Shown here piece by piece: positions 22,781 to 33,951 of a DNA stretch of 37,691 bases (the first letter of the stretch is position 1; every line of letters begins with the position of its first letter). The stretch comes from Catajapyx aquilonaris (lineage: Eukaryota): NCBI GenBank assembly GCA_000934665.2, contig KZ538990.1, forward strand, positions 1 to 37,691. Direction: 5' to 3'. The translations under genes were made by a program, and so were the position numbers. Under the pieces are notes generated by a model, which was not told the origin of the DNA, did not search any database, and was given only the letters and a program-made list of their open reading frames with translations.

Positions 22781-23650
22781 CAATGGTTTTCAAACTGGGG
22801 TAGGCGAACACAATTGTGGGGGTACGCGAAAGATATCGTGCAATGGCGTCCAGTCTCTGCATTTGTGGGAACCACATTATTCTTTCAACAAGAATGAACC
22901 AACTTAATTATCAGTGAGAATAACACAAAAAATGGTCTTACTCATTCCCAGCTTTCTTTTTGCTATTACCAAGAGCTAATAGTTATTAGCTCTTGCTATT
23001 ACTAATATTTTATTAGTGAAGATTTATTATATGGAGAGGCATTTTCTGACTGCTGCCATTTTCATTCAGCACACACGTTCAAACTCAAGAAGCAACGTGG
23101 CAGTGTTAACTCGAACAACTGGTTCGATCATTGCGCTTTGAAACGTTGCAGTGAAGGATTTCAAAATAAACTCTGGCTGCAGAGGCTGATCTCCCTGACC
23201 TAAAAATTTCCGAGTCTCAACGAATTAAACTGGGGACTTCAATACATCCCGCCAATACAGTATACGTATATTTGATGTCCAAAGCAAAATCGAGGGATTG
23301 ATAAAAAAATTCAAGTTTTGGGAAAATGTTGTATACATGGTGTAACAACTTTTCTTGTTTTCCAACACTCCAACAATTTCAAAGCGACAGTGGAGGCCCA
23401 GTGGACGTCAACACATGAATCTATTGCCACAATACTTTAGAAATTATTTATTTTCCGAAATGGACATGCCAATCAATTGCATCAGGAGTTTAGGATTTCT
23501 TTAACCCTCCCAAACATACCAGTGCAGAATCAGGAAGGGTCATCGTTTCTACGAATGGAAGTTTGAAATTTGAAAATACCGTTCTGAACTTATGGGCTGA
23601 ATAAATGAAAATAAATGAAAGAAAGGACCTGGCAGCTAGTGCAGTGCTCT
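22781..23650 (+). mobile_element. Decayed hAT (Charlie/Buster, ZBED5/SCAND3-like) transposon with transposase relic
   Basis: Left TIR CAATGGTTTTCAAACTGGGG. Relic peptides WLQRLISLT*KFPSLNELNWGLQ and IFDVQSKIEGLIKKFKFW match recalled WLxxLAYLxDIFxxLNELNxxLQG...KIxxFxxKLxxW. Confidence 0.75.
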
Positions 23651-23659
23651 GAAGTACCA

Positions 23660-24012
23660 GGATGGTTTTGTGCAGTGATTTTGTATGTTGGGTTCAAATA
23701 TGAAGGAAGACTCCCTGATTCAAAAAATGTGGTCAGTTTTTGAATCTAATGTCGCGTAAGTGAATGCCGTTAGTTCAAAATACGTAACCGGAAACAGTAT
23801 TAGCTACGATATTATCGCGTCGCCTGAAATTGCTTCAAAAAGTTCAAAAACCATCTCAAAAAAAGGCAAAATAGGCATGGAATGTCGCGAAAAGCCAGAA
23901 TAGGCAAAATAGTTCCCAAAACTACGAAATAGGCAATTTTAGGCCCTATTAAACCTACATTTTCCACATCCTACATTTATGAAATTGATAGATCTCTTCA
24001 CAAAACCATCCC
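23660..24012. mobile_element. MITE with ~20-bp TIRs containing AAATAGGC-type repeats
   Basis: GGATGGTTTTGTGCAGTGAT versus ATCTCTTCACAAAACCATCC. No TSD seen. AATAGGC recurs at 23865-23935. Confidence 0.5.
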
Positions 24013-24151
24013 AACTGTAAAGGAACTAAATAGGCATTTGCAAGGGTATTAGCATTTCAAGGGTAATTTTGAAACCAGCGTTAATGCGAAAAGGCATAAA
24101 ACAAAGAGGCGTAAAACGAGCAGTACCTGTATCATCATAATGTAGCAGTTT

Positions 24152-24469
24152 ATGGGAGGTGTGGTGGCCGAGATGGTAACATCTTGGCTTGCTGAGTGAA
24201 AGGTCCCAGGTTCGATCCCCGCCTGGGAGTTCCCTTTCACCTGCGTCGGGAGGGTCTCTGACCTGCACCAAGGAGGTGTCTGGCAACCTAACCTCCTGGG
24301 GAACAGCACATGACCCCCTTTCAGACAATGCACTTGCACCCATGTTCCCTCCCCAAAAATCCCTATCCTTACCCAATGTCCTTGTTTCCCTGCACCGGAG
24401 TGAAGATAAATCAGAAAATTGATAGAACCCATAAGGGTCATCACGGGGTACAAAAAAAAATAATTAAAA
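24152..24469 (+). mobile_element. tRNA-derived SINE family B, full-length copy
   Basis: A box TGGCCGAGATGG, B box GGTTCGATCCC, A-rich tail, perfect 13-bp TSD AATGTAGCAGTTT at 24139-24151 and 24470-24482. First ~230 bp closely match 35938-36168. Confidence 0.92.
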
Positions 24470-24595
24470 AATGTAGCAGTTTCACTAAATTGCAATAACT
24501 AATAATTCTGGGTAAAATTAAAAAAAGTAAGGACATTACATCAATTTAGAAACACATTTTATTTCATTTCAATTGCCATGTTGTATCCTTTAATT

Positions 24596-24786
24596 CAGTG
24601 GTCCCCAACCCCTGGCGCCAGGCACATTCCAAGATGGCTGCGCCCAGAGTGGCCTCGAATGAAAATTATTAAATCAAAACAAACTGTAACCCCCCCCCCC
24701 NNNNNNNNNNNNCCCCCCCCAGTGGGCCGAGGTAAAATTATCAAACGTTGACCGGTCCGGGGCGATAAAAAGGTTGGGGACCACTG
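24596..24786. mobile_element. hAT-Charlie (MER1-like) MITE
   Basis: 16-bp perfect TIR CAGTGGTCCCCAACC... / ...GGTTGGGGACCACTG (15 bp identical). Perfect 8-bp TSD CTTTAATT at 24588-24595 and 24787-24794. Contains an N gap. Confidence 0.95.
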
Positions 24787-24799
24787 CTTTAATTAATGG

Positions 24800-25085
24800 C
24801 TTAATGATTGTGGTATATAATTGGGGCATCAATTACAAAGTAAGACAATCAGAAAGTCACAATAAAATTAATCCAAGAGGAGTACAAAACAATCGTTTTT
24901 TGACATCATGTAAGTTGGTGGGTACAAAACTAAAGTGCCCTAGAATAATCCCATGGCTATTTGTCTTAGGTTGCTTCAAAAACCATGGATTCATGGAAGT
25001 TTTAAAATTTATCAATAGTGATACTGCATTGCGAGCACCTCCAACCCTAAAAACAACTCTCCATCCCTTGTGCAAGGCAAGGCAA
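24800..25085 (+). mobile_element. LINE (Jockey-like) ORF2 C-terminal relic
   Basis: HNKINPRGVQNNRFLT...VLKFINS resembles recalled KIERVQNRFLR...LYKLING. Confidence 0.4.
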
Positions 25086-25093
25086 GGAACTCT

Positions 25094-25470
25094 AATGCCC
25101 CTGGCACCAATCAAAATATCACTCCATCCAGACTTAGTCCCTACACAAAATAAATTATGGCTACAACTACTAAGTATCACATCACCCCAAACGTCTTGGG
25201 GCTGAAATTTAAATGCAACCTGGTTCTTCTACTAAAAAGAAGTCACATTTTTTCAGTAGCATCCTTGTATGCTAGTGAAAAAATGCAACCTGGTTGTTCT
25301 ACTAAAAAGAAGGTACATTTTTTCAGTATTAGCATCCTTGTATGCTAGTGAAAACCATCAAGTCTTGTTTGAAAAGAAAAACTGAAATGCTGTAACCTTT
25401 TTGCCCTCAGGGCTCTTTTCTCCGTGCACCATCACCTTTGCATGTAGCTGACTGGGGCCAAAGGGGTTAA
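25094..25470. mobile_element. Degenerate piggyBac-like MITE with internal ~70-bp tandem duplication
   Basis: Right end GACTGGGGCCAAAGGGG|TTAA, degenerate left end CCCCTGGCACCAATC. AAATGCAACCTGGTT...GCTAGTGAAAA occurs twice (25211-25354). A diverged second copy lies at ~25957-26200. Confidence 0.55.
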
Positions 25471-25545
25471 CAAAAAATGAAACTTATTAATGCTACTTGA
25501 AAAATATTATCCACTGCCTATCTTTTACAATGACTGATTCTTATT

Positions 25546-25547
<2 letters not shown>

Positions 25548-25588
<41 letters not shown>

Positions 25589-25737
25589 TTATATTCTTAT
25601 CTTGTAATAACTAATAATAATAATAAACTATAAACTAATAATTAACTAATAATAAACTAATAATAAACTAATAATTAATAAATAATAAACTAATGATTAA
25701 TAAATAATATAATCATATTCTTATCTTGTAATAACTC
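25548..25737. repeat. (TA)n microsatellite plus AT-rich TAATAAAC-type repeats
   Basis: (TA)n at 25548-25586. ATATTCTTATCTTGTAATAACT is duplicated on either side of the TAATAAAC(TAA) units. Confidence 0.9.
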
Positions 25738-26305
25738 ATCTGGAAAGACAGTGGAAACAGAATTACATACCATAACAGCAAACTTATAATAAAAGACAAA
25801 TATACTTGAATTGCTTATAAATGGCTGAAACCTCCAGACGTTGGCAACCTTTTATATCTAGCAAACACAGGTTTTGGGAGCTTCTACATCATGTCCAGGA
25901 GGGCAGGGTGATTGAATTTCATGTCGTTACTATAGAAGAGTGGGTCAACATGAGAGCCCCTGGCACCAGTCAAAATAAAAAATTGGAAAATTGAAAATTG
26001 GAGGTATTCCTTGCACAAAATCAATACTGCCGCAGTGCCACTATCACACTACCCCAAAGGACATAAGGCTGTAATTTTAAATACCAACTGATTGTTACAC
26101 ACTCTGAAATTTTTTAAACTGCCTCATCCTTCCTGTCTGGCTAGTGAAAAACATAACTTTTTTGGTGAGAAAAATGTACCAGCAAGATAAACTGAAATGC
26201 CATTTACAACTGAATATGAAACTTAGGAATGCAACTAGCAAAAAAAATAAAACCAGTTATTATCTTACACCAGTCCCTGCGATGACTCATCTGAAGAACC
26301 ATACA

Positions 26306-27385
26306 TCAACGGCAAACTCGCACCATTGGACAAAACTGCTTTAATTGCTTGCAAATGTCTGGAATCGGGAGTTGCAGGCAATCTCGGAGGTCTAGCAAAT
26401 GCAGGTTGGGAAGTTTCTGAACCGCATCCAAGAGGGCAGGACAACTGAACTTCAGGCAGTTTCCAAGGAATAGGCGGGCCAGCTTAGGGCAGCTTGAAGA
26501 TATGGCTTGGAGGTGGCAGTCAGCAAGCAGGGTGGTTGATGAAAGATTGAGTGTCTTTAGTGTACGCACAACAGGTGACGACAGGAAGGCAAAAAGAGCA
26601 TCTGAAGAGACGGCATGAGCTCTTGGTATTGACAACAGTCGTAGGCACTGCAGCTTTCCAATCCCTTCCAAAAGACCTTCATCTGTTAGTCCATAAGGGG
26701 AAGGCAAATGAAGCTCTTGTAACCGCTTGCACTTTTCAAAGTGCATAAATGACTCAGGGTCTGAGAGTCGGAATGCTGAAAGCCTGGTGATAACTTCTCC
26801 AGCACGCTCTACAACTGCTTTAAACTCCATGTCTGACGCTTCCCACCCATTCGAATCAATGTGCACGTCACTGAGCTTATTCCAAACAAGCTCCAGTGAT
26901 AAATCCACGGGTGTCATCCCACTATTATCAGCCATCCTGAGAATCTCGAGGTGGCTGCAATTCGTGAGAGCATCCAGAAGATGTATACTCCCTGGCAGGA
27001 AGGTGCAGCATCGAATGTCCACATACTTCAATTTCTTGCACTTTGCAACCAGCTGTCCCATTGTGGAATCTTTGGTGAATGTGATCCAACTGAAGTTGAT
27101 GGTTTCTAGGTTCGCAGCAGTGTTTCCCACTGCATCCAAAACTAAATCAACATCCGCGGACCAATCTGCTAAGTCCAGTTTCCTCAGCATGGTCATAGAA
27201 GACACAAACTCAGCTGCACTTTGCCCACTTAGCTTTTCGCCATTCAGTACTACTTGCTTCCAGAGATCAGGGTCTGTAGTAATCTCATACCATTGCTTGG
27301 AGACCAAAGCTGCATGAGGCAAGTGCGACTTTGGCACAAAAGACATCACATGGACTTTCATCTCCCATGGCAGGCTGGAGAATGT
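26306..27385 (-). CDS. F-box/leucine-rich repeat protein (FBXL-like SCF substrate adaptor), main exon, 359 codons plus stop
   Basis: F-box FSSLPWEMKVHVMSFVPKSHLPHAALVSKQWYEITTDPDLWKQV followed by cysteine-containing LRRs (LRKLDL, LKYVDIRCC, LKTLNLSS, CPKLARLFLGNC, LHLLDLRDC). Acceptor TTCCATTCTTGCAG lies immediately before ACA (27385), phase 0. Confidence 0.93.
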   Translation of the reverse strand, partial: TFSSLPWEMKVHVMSFVPKSHLPHAALVSKQWYEITTDPDLWKQVVLNGEKLSGQSAAEFVSSMTMLRKLDLADWSADVDLVLDAVGNTAANLETINFSWITFTKDSTMGQLVAKCKKLKYVDIRCCTFLPGSIHLLDALTNCSHLEILRMADNSGMTPVDLSLELVWNKLSDVHIDSNGWEASDMEFKAVVERAGEVITRLSAFRLSDPESFMHFEKCKRLQELHLPSPYGLTDEGLLEGIGKLQCLRLLSIPRAHAVSSDALFAFLSSPVVRTLKTLNLSSTTLLADCHLQAISSSCPKLARLFLGNCLKFSCPALLDAVQKLPNLHLLDLRDCLQLPIPDICKQLKQFCPMVRVCR

Positions 27386-27654
27386 CTGCAAGAATGGAAT
27401 CAGGACATAAGTAGTATTACACTGTGGACGGCTCAAGGGACTATTTGAAAGCAAAAAAAGGTGTGCTTTCCAAAACAATGACTCTTGTAGGACAAGTTTA
27501 ACCTTCCATAAGTCACAATTATTTCCTAATATAGCTTTAATGAAGGCTTTTAAAAATAACATTAAAAAAAAACCCCTGTGATAGGGTGGAGCCCTCTTAG
27601 GGGGGAAGGGGAGGTTCCCAAGGGAGGGAGCTGCAATCAAGGGGGTCATCACTT

Positions 27655-27787
27655 CGGTACTCCGGTGTACACCTGCAGTGGTACTCTTCGGTACTCCTTG
27701 GTACTCTTCGGTACTCTTCGGTACTCCTTGGTACTCCCGGTACTCCCGGTACTCCTCGGTACTCCTTGGTATTCCCAGGTACTCCCG
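27655..27787. repeat. GGTACTC(Y)n 9-10-nt tandem repeat in the F-box gene intron
   Basis: About 12 units of GGTACTCTTC / GGTACTCCTT / GGTACTCCC. Confidence 0.9.
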
Positions 27788-27825
27788 TCGGAAGGCGCGA
27801 AGATAGAATTGATATGCTTACTTAC

Positions 27826-27912
27826 GTAACAAGAGGAGACAAGATGGTTGAGAGGAGGAGGTGGGCAAAGGGGGGCATTCGGTAAACCATTGTTTCCTGC
27901 TGACAGAATCAT
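27826..27912 (-). CDS. Probable first coding exon of the F-box/LRR gene (MILSAGNNGLPNAPLCPPPPLNHLVSSCY)
   Basis: ATG at 27912, 29 codons, donor TAC|GTAAGT at 27825, phase 0, in frame with the 27385 acceptor (388-aa product). Confidence 0.6.
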
Positions 27913-27943
27913 GGATGGGATCAGGCGCTGCTTCCTATTCTAC

Positions 27944-28123
27944 TAGCTAGGCCATGTCGTTTTGCCAAAGCGCAAAGGTTTTATGACACAAGACACAGTC
28001 AAACAGTGGCTACTATGCAGCTAGAAGCTTAGGCTACACTGGAATATTTGGAGTTATTGTTAGTCGAACAGTGTGGCTAGTAGGCCATGTTGTTTTGGCA
28101 AAGGGCAAAGGTTTTATGACACA
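27944..28123. repeat. ~47-bp direct duplication upstream of the F-box gene
   Basis: TAGGCCATGTCGTTTTGCCAAAGCGCAAAGGTTTTATGACACAA at ~27948 and TAGGCCATGTTGTTTTTGGCAAAGGGCAAAGGTTTTATGACACAA at ~28081. Confidence 0.8.
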
Positions 28124-28249
28124 ATATGCATCATATTAGAATCTCCAAGCCTTCTGGCATGGGCCTACTGGTAAACATTAGTAAAAGTAGTTTAAAATTC
28201 CCCTCAGAGGCTTGAGGAAATGTTGGGTAAAAAAGAAGGCGATAAGCTG

Positions 28250-28500
28250 GCAGCCATGTTGAGTGATGCGCGGACGAACGGGACTGTTCCGGGACCAAAT
28301 ATCATGGAAAAAATAGAGTGCACGACCTGATACGGAGGCTAACGAGGCAGTCAGATGCCCCAACGGTGCGGAGAAGGCATCACTTAGCTCGGAGGGGGGA
28401 AAGCACCTTTAATTCGGGCCGTCCCATGGTCTAGTTCCGTCGGTTCCGCTGGCGTCGCCACCTGCGCCCACTTGCCCTGGTCGGTTTTCGAACGACACAC
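28250..28500 (-). promoter_or_regulatory. CpG/GC-rich patch, possible promoter or 5' UTR exon of the F-box gene
   Basis: Local CpG enrichment 340-590 bp upstream of the ATG. Positional inference only. Confidence 0.3.
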
Positions 28501-28657
28501 TTCCAGCTTTCACCCTGGTCTTAGCGTTCGTCTCTCAGAAAAACTGCTTATACCCTCGGAATCAGGATTTTTTGCCAGATTTTTAGAACCCAACTTGTAT
28601 TTTGAGTGGAGTGTCCCTTTAAAATCCGTGTGTTCTTTTTCTATCACCCTGTATATA

Positions 28658-29190
28658 ACAGGGGCGTTCATAAAGTTCGTACCATTGCCTTGAAGGAAAT
28701 GAGATAAACGATTTAAATTGCACACATGTATTAGTCCTTCTCTCTATATGAACCCTGCAGAGCCACACATTTGTACCAGTGATACGCGACCTGTCGGACA
28801 CCATCATTGACGAAGTCGACACGTTGTGTTTGGAAAATGTTTCAACCTGTTATCATGCTGGTGGTGCGTGGTGAGACTTGTGCTTCTCCCCTAACCCGAA
28901 GAGCTATTCTGATGGTAGCTTCGTCTACTGGCAGGGTCTCCCAAGCCGGACAGGTCTTTGGGGTCATGGGAGAAACACAAGCACCCGCCATCATGAATGA
29001 CAGAGGTTGAAGACATTTCTCAAGCACAAAGTGTCGACTTCGACATTAATTGTCCTACAGGTTGTGCATCGCTGGTACAAATGTGTGACTCTGCAGGGTT
29101 CAAATAGAGAGGACTAATGCATGTGTGCAATTTGAACCATTTCTCTCTTTTCCGTCAGGGCGAAGGTACGAACTTTATGAACGTCCCTCA
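28658..29190. mobile_element. Old fold-back mariner-type MITE (~530 bp)
   Basis: AGGGGCGTTCATAAAGTTCGTACC / GGTACGAACTTTATGAACGTCCCT termini next to TA. Arms remain alignable for ~240 bp inward. Confidence 0.8.
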
Positions 29191-29391
29191 TAATATTGTA
29201 AGCCCCTTTCCCTCTCACTGGCAAGAACCTTCATGTGCTGGAGGGAGAGATTCAACCTGGTCAAAGGCATACTGAAGGGGCAGAGGGAGGAAGGTAGGGT
29301 GGGGAGGGGGAGAGCACATCCATCATTGGGGTCCCATACCCTGGACCTCCTATGCACCTCCCCTCAGGGCAGCCCCTGACACACATACGAT

Positions 29392-29626
29392 ATGGTTGCT
29401 TAATATAAAAGTCTCCGCCATGCTGGGAATTAGGCACTGGCATGCCCCGACAGGCATCTGCCGCTGCCAGCCATCCGAATCCTAGTCTGCAAATGCCCTC
29501 CGAGGAAAGGACGATTTGGGTTGGTTCCGAAGTCGGCCAACCCGAACCGACCCCCCAGTAAATGCCGTGGAGGCGCACCAGCGCCAAATTCCATGCATGG
29601 CGGAGACATTTATATTAAACTACCAT
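29392..29626. mobile_element. MITE with ~65-bp TIRs
   Basis: ATGGTTGCTTAATATAAAAGTCTCCGCCATGCTGGGAATT versus AATTCCATGCATGGCGGAGACATTTATATTAAACTACCAT. Confidence 0.75.
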
Positions 29627-29924
29627 CAACACAGGGCTAGGCTGGATGTGTCACGGGGTTGCCTCAGGGTGTGATTGCCTGTGGCTCCTTCTAAGTCTCT
29701 CTCTTCCCCCCCCCCNNNNNNNNNNNNNNNNNNNNNNNNNNNNNNNNNNNNNNNNNNNNNNNNNNNNNNNNNCCCCCCCCAACTGTTGGACATCCAGAAA
29801 GGACATTCCCTTCATAGAAAGATCAAGATCAAGATGATGATGATGATGATGATCACCACTGGTATGTCTTCTAGAATTTATTTCTACACTCCCCTTCACC
29901 TCCCATCAGGTGAAAAACCTATAT

Positions 29925-30816
29925 CCTCCTGAGACCTGAGAAGAATTTTTTAACGCAATGTCAGTTCCTATAGCATTTTCTGAACATGTTCCCAATAAGA
30001 AACGAGAAAAAAATTTTAGTTTTAAAATATCGACAAAAATGGCGACAAACAACCAATGAGAACATTAGGACCCAATTGGTGCTACAAAAGCAGAACGGAT
30101 GAAAGCTGAAAATTGAAATACCACTTAATGGATCACTCACATAGTGCTCTATCCTCCAAACAGTGTTTTTAAAATTTATTTGTGGTATTCGTGGTAGCAA
30201 TTCCTCTCAGAAGACAATTAAAGATAAATGAAATCATTTTTTAACGCCACCACTCCAGGGATGGGGCTTGCTCCTTCCCTTCTTACCCGCTAAAGTGGTA
30301 CTTTGCTATTCTAGATTTCAAAACTGAAGTGCACAGTGCAAAGCCCACTTCCTTATGGGTGTATAGGTACAGGCACGTAAAGAATAGTCACACCCATTCA
30401 GCTAAAAATGCAATTTTTCGGATGTCCATTTAAATGGACATTTGGTGTCAGGAAGAAAAGAAAATGACCAGTTCTCTACAGCAACAAAGATTGTCACAGA
30501 ATCATCTTTTCGCAGTTCCTAAGACACATTCCTTGCGAATCCCAGGACATTCACTGCATTGCGAAAATCGCATTCTAAATATGAGTAAAAAAATAAAACT
30601 AATCAGATGAGCGCCTAGCTTCAGCAGCGGAATCCGCCATTTTGTCCGCGATTTAATTTTCGCGGCCCAAGCCAGATATTCGACGCTAGGTGGCTACAGC
30701 TATTGAGGCCAGATTGTATGGGATACCAGCATATTACAGTTCTGTTGGCATCACTGGTTGGCGCCAAAAAAATCTTTTGCTGATGTCGACATATGTCGAC
30801 ACCAGGTCTCAGGAGG
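29925..30816. mobile_element. Non-autonomous DNA transposon with ATAT TSD (piggyBac-like)
   Basis: ATAT|CCTCCTGAGACCTG ... CAGGTCTCAGGAGG|ATAT (14-bp perfect TIR). Subterminal palindrome TGTCGACATATGTCGACA. Confidence 0.85.
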
Positions 30817-30885
30817 ATATGCCACTTAAAATAAAGAATTTGTCCAGTCAAACTGTTCATCTGAATGAAAAACATTACATAGTGG

Positions 30886-31208
30886 TGGCACAAACAGGTG
30901 GTCTAGTGGTTATGCCACTGGCCAGACAAGCGGGAGGTCCAGGGATACACCCCATCCCTGTCACCCCTGCTGGTTGGGTCGTTTTCTGCTTTTCGCCTGA
31001 CATGTACGGGCAGACTTACACCCCAGGGCCAGAAGTAAGGTCTGGCTCTATATCAATCTGAAATGACTTGAAAACTATTTAGCAGCACCCTCCCTTAGAA
31101 ACCTCCCCCATGCCCATGGACCAGAGTGTGTTGGAGTGAAACAAAGGATGTATTGACCATTAACATAAAATAAAAATCTGTGCTATACCTCAGGTCCCCA
31201 CTGCTCAA

Positions 31209-31280
<72 letters not shown>
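30886..31280 (+). mobile_element. Probable old tRNA-derived SINE with (TTA)n tail at 31210-31280
   Basis: A-box-like TGGTCTAGTGG at 30898, decayed B box, long trinucleotide tail. Confidence 0.5.
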
Positions 31281-31284
<4 letters not shown>

Positions 31285-33027
31285 GTGCAAGGCAGCACTG
31301 ATCAGCTCTTTGCTGACCATAAAAAATGTTGCAGTAGCCAGGCAAAAGAAAATTGTGTACCTTTGCATCACTCCTAGTGAGAAGAGATTTGCTGTCCGCA
31401 GTAGCCATTTTTTTCATCAGCGGGTTGCACAAACCTGTAAATGGGAAAAGCCGATTCAGTCACTTGAATATCCTCAATGTATGATGCAAGAATGATGCAA
31501 AAAAATGTTTTGTCATGTACAGTACTGTATATGGCTTATATGCCTCCCCCAAATCCCTGGGTTTACGGGCACTCCACCCCCCCCCCCCCCCNTCATTGTG
31601 GTGTAACTCATATGAAACAAATGGGTCAGTGATAACCTCTGTAAAAAAAAAAAAGGTGTTAACATGTAAGAAAAGAAATGCATGTGCCAATGTGCCAATG
31701 GTTTTATTGGGTCCATACACACAAGGGTCACAATGGGTGCGTCTGCTGCAATGGCTCACGAACTGGGGGTGGCATGTAAATCCATAGATTTGGGGAAGGT
31801 GCAGTATAAACCTTGTCACAATGAGTAAGGGCTAGATGTATCAAAGCAAGTGTTCTCTAAACCTGTGGTTTCCTCGTTCGAACATGGCCGAATTTCGACT
31901 TATCTGGTCGGTTTTGAGCATATTTTCAGGTGAATATGCATGAAATACCTCTAAAATTGTTGCCAGGGAATTTTGAATTCGTGTGGCCATGAACTGTGAA
32001 TTGGATATAAAAATTACTTAGCTCCTGCAGCATATGGTTTCAATGCAATAAAATCGTCTCCATCTTTTTAAGCGATGCAGTATGTCACAGTTCCAAGAAG
32101 TGCGCAGGAGGAATGGACCTGACTCAGGAAACCAGCTTTCCCCAAAGTGACTAGACCATTCTGCAAGCTTTATCTTCATCTGGCAGTGATTTCGAGGCAT
32201 ATTAAAACCTCATGTTTCTGCACCCATTCAGTCAGACAGTCAGTTGCAGTGCAGTGCAGTCATATGGACTGCTCCCTACCTGAAATAGCTGAAGCCCATA
32301 GGATGTTATGATGTACGGCTGTGTCAATGAGGCTTGGATGGCCCTGCTCTAGGGAGACTCTGGTCACCGCCAAGATGCTGCCTATCTTTAACAACTTTTG
32401 TCTGGTGGCTGATCGTCTTTTAACGGAGCTGAATACTCAATGCAACACAAAAAACAAACGTACTTCTTCCTTACTGTTTCGATTATTTTCTAATCTGTCA
32501 TTTTTAAGCTAATTTGGTAAAAGCCATTAACCCAGATATGCCTGAAATATTTTTTGTTTAAATCTTGGTTTTTGTTTATTTTTATTAGTTCATGATAGTC
32601 CCCAAAACACAACAAAAATGATAAAAAAATTTATGGAATGCTAGATTGTAAGAAAAGTGCCATCCCCTATAGGGACACTCGGCAAATGTACCCTCTAGTA
32701 TGGCTATATACTGTACAAGGAAAACGTAAGATATAGGCTGCTGTATTGAAATAAAGATGAAAGTGTTTTTTAAATTCATTGAAAAACATAGAGAAGGAAT
32801 GTTATAGCTAAGACCCAATGTCCTATATATAGGACATCTCATTTTGCAATAAGTGATTGCAACAAAAATATGCAATTCTGAAAAATCGCTTCTACACCTC
32901 CACTACAGAAGGTTCTTTCAAAGTATTACTAAATAGTTGCACAAATGGCTTCTCGGGTCTCAGGAGGGTAGACTTTTAGAGTCACGTGCTATTCAGATAT
33001 GTACCGGTTTCGCTGTATATAAATATA

Positions 33028-33237
33028 CAGTGAACCCTGTCCACAATGGACCCTGTGCATAATGGAAACTTGCCTATTGCGGAATTTTTCTGGTAAATGG
33101 CGTATGAAAATTACACAATTTCCGCTATATTCGACGCGGAAATCGTGTACTTTCCATACGGCAGTTACCAGAAAAATTCCGCAATAGGCAAGTTTCCGTT
33201 ACGTTCAGGGTCCATTATGGACTGCTAGGATTCACTC
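33028..33237. mobile_element. pogo/Tigger-like palindromic MITE
   Basis: TA|CAGTGAACCCTGTCC start. GGAAACTTGCCTATTGCGGAATTTTTCTGGTAA is perfectly inverted at 33165-33197. Confidence 0.75.
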
Positions 33238-33249
33238 TAGATAAATATG

Positions 33250-33611
33250 TAGTGAAACCTGTCCATAACGTACCCTGAGTGTTACAAAAACTTGTCCATT
33301 GCGAAATTTTTCCGGGAACGGGCGTATGTCTAGGACATAAATACCGTGTCGAATATAGCGGAAACGGCTGATATACCGTACTATGTATATCCGACATCGT
33401 TAAATGGTTCGCGCGCGATCCGCAACAACAGCGCCACTTTTTTTCCTCCCCCACTCTCTGCCCACAATGCTTTGCGGAGTTGCAGCGTTCACTTGAACCA
33501 CTCTTTCCCGTTTGGTGCTGATGACTAGGAAAATCCTAATTTTCAGCGGAAACTTGTCAATTACGATTTTTCTAGGGCACCGTGCTATTCTGCAATACAC
33601 AGGTTTCACTG
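33250..33611. mobile_element. pogo/Tigger-like MITE related to the adjacent one
   Basis: AGTGAAACCTGT ... ACAGGTTTCACTG|TA. First ~65 bp similar to 33028-33092. Confidence 0.7.
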
Positions 33612-33951
33612 TATCCAAAAGAGAAAGTTTGCATGCATGTATGTTTGATTGTATACATGGCAATGGGTTATTACCATAACTACTACGATGGTTGCCATGG
33701 TAACCCAGTTGCCGGGTAACCCTCGTTTTAAAAATAGGGATTCATAAAAATTCAGTTCGACAACACACACAAAATCCGGACGCATACAGTAGCCTAGAGT
33801 ACCGGTGCTTGACTTGTCGGTCCACATGTGGTGCATTTGCCGAGTGTCCCTTATAGGGGACACCCGGTTTCAACCCCACCCTCAGACAAGGAAAGTAAAA
33901 AATATGCCTATATTTCCACATCGACATCATCATTGATAAGTTTTCTAAGTA

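Noticed and set aside
26727..27317. 196-aa plus-strand ORF
   Set aside because: Antisense shadow of the F-box/LRR exon.
27386..27652. N-terminal 89 aa of the 448-aa F-box ORF
   Set aside because: It starts at GTG, crosses AT-rich T-run sequence and ends in a strong acceptor directly before the F-box, so it is more likely intron.
27655..27787. CRISPR-like array
   Set aside because: A simple tandem repeat without unique spacers, no cas genes, and a eukaryotic context.
25904..28651. F-box gene captured between CAGGGTGAT inverted ends (Pack-type element)
   Set aside because: The match is only 9 bp and the left copy lacks a flanking TA. The right copy (CACCCTG|TA at 28651) is probably a solo mariner-type end.
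29706..29780. Poly-C tracts with N runs (also 24691-24720 and 31577-31592)
   Set aside because: Assembly gaps at homopolymers; their content cannot be assessed.
33518..33553. CTGATGA followed by a small hairpin and GAAAC
   Set aside because: GAAA is separated from the stem by ~9 extra nt and stems I and III are not evident.
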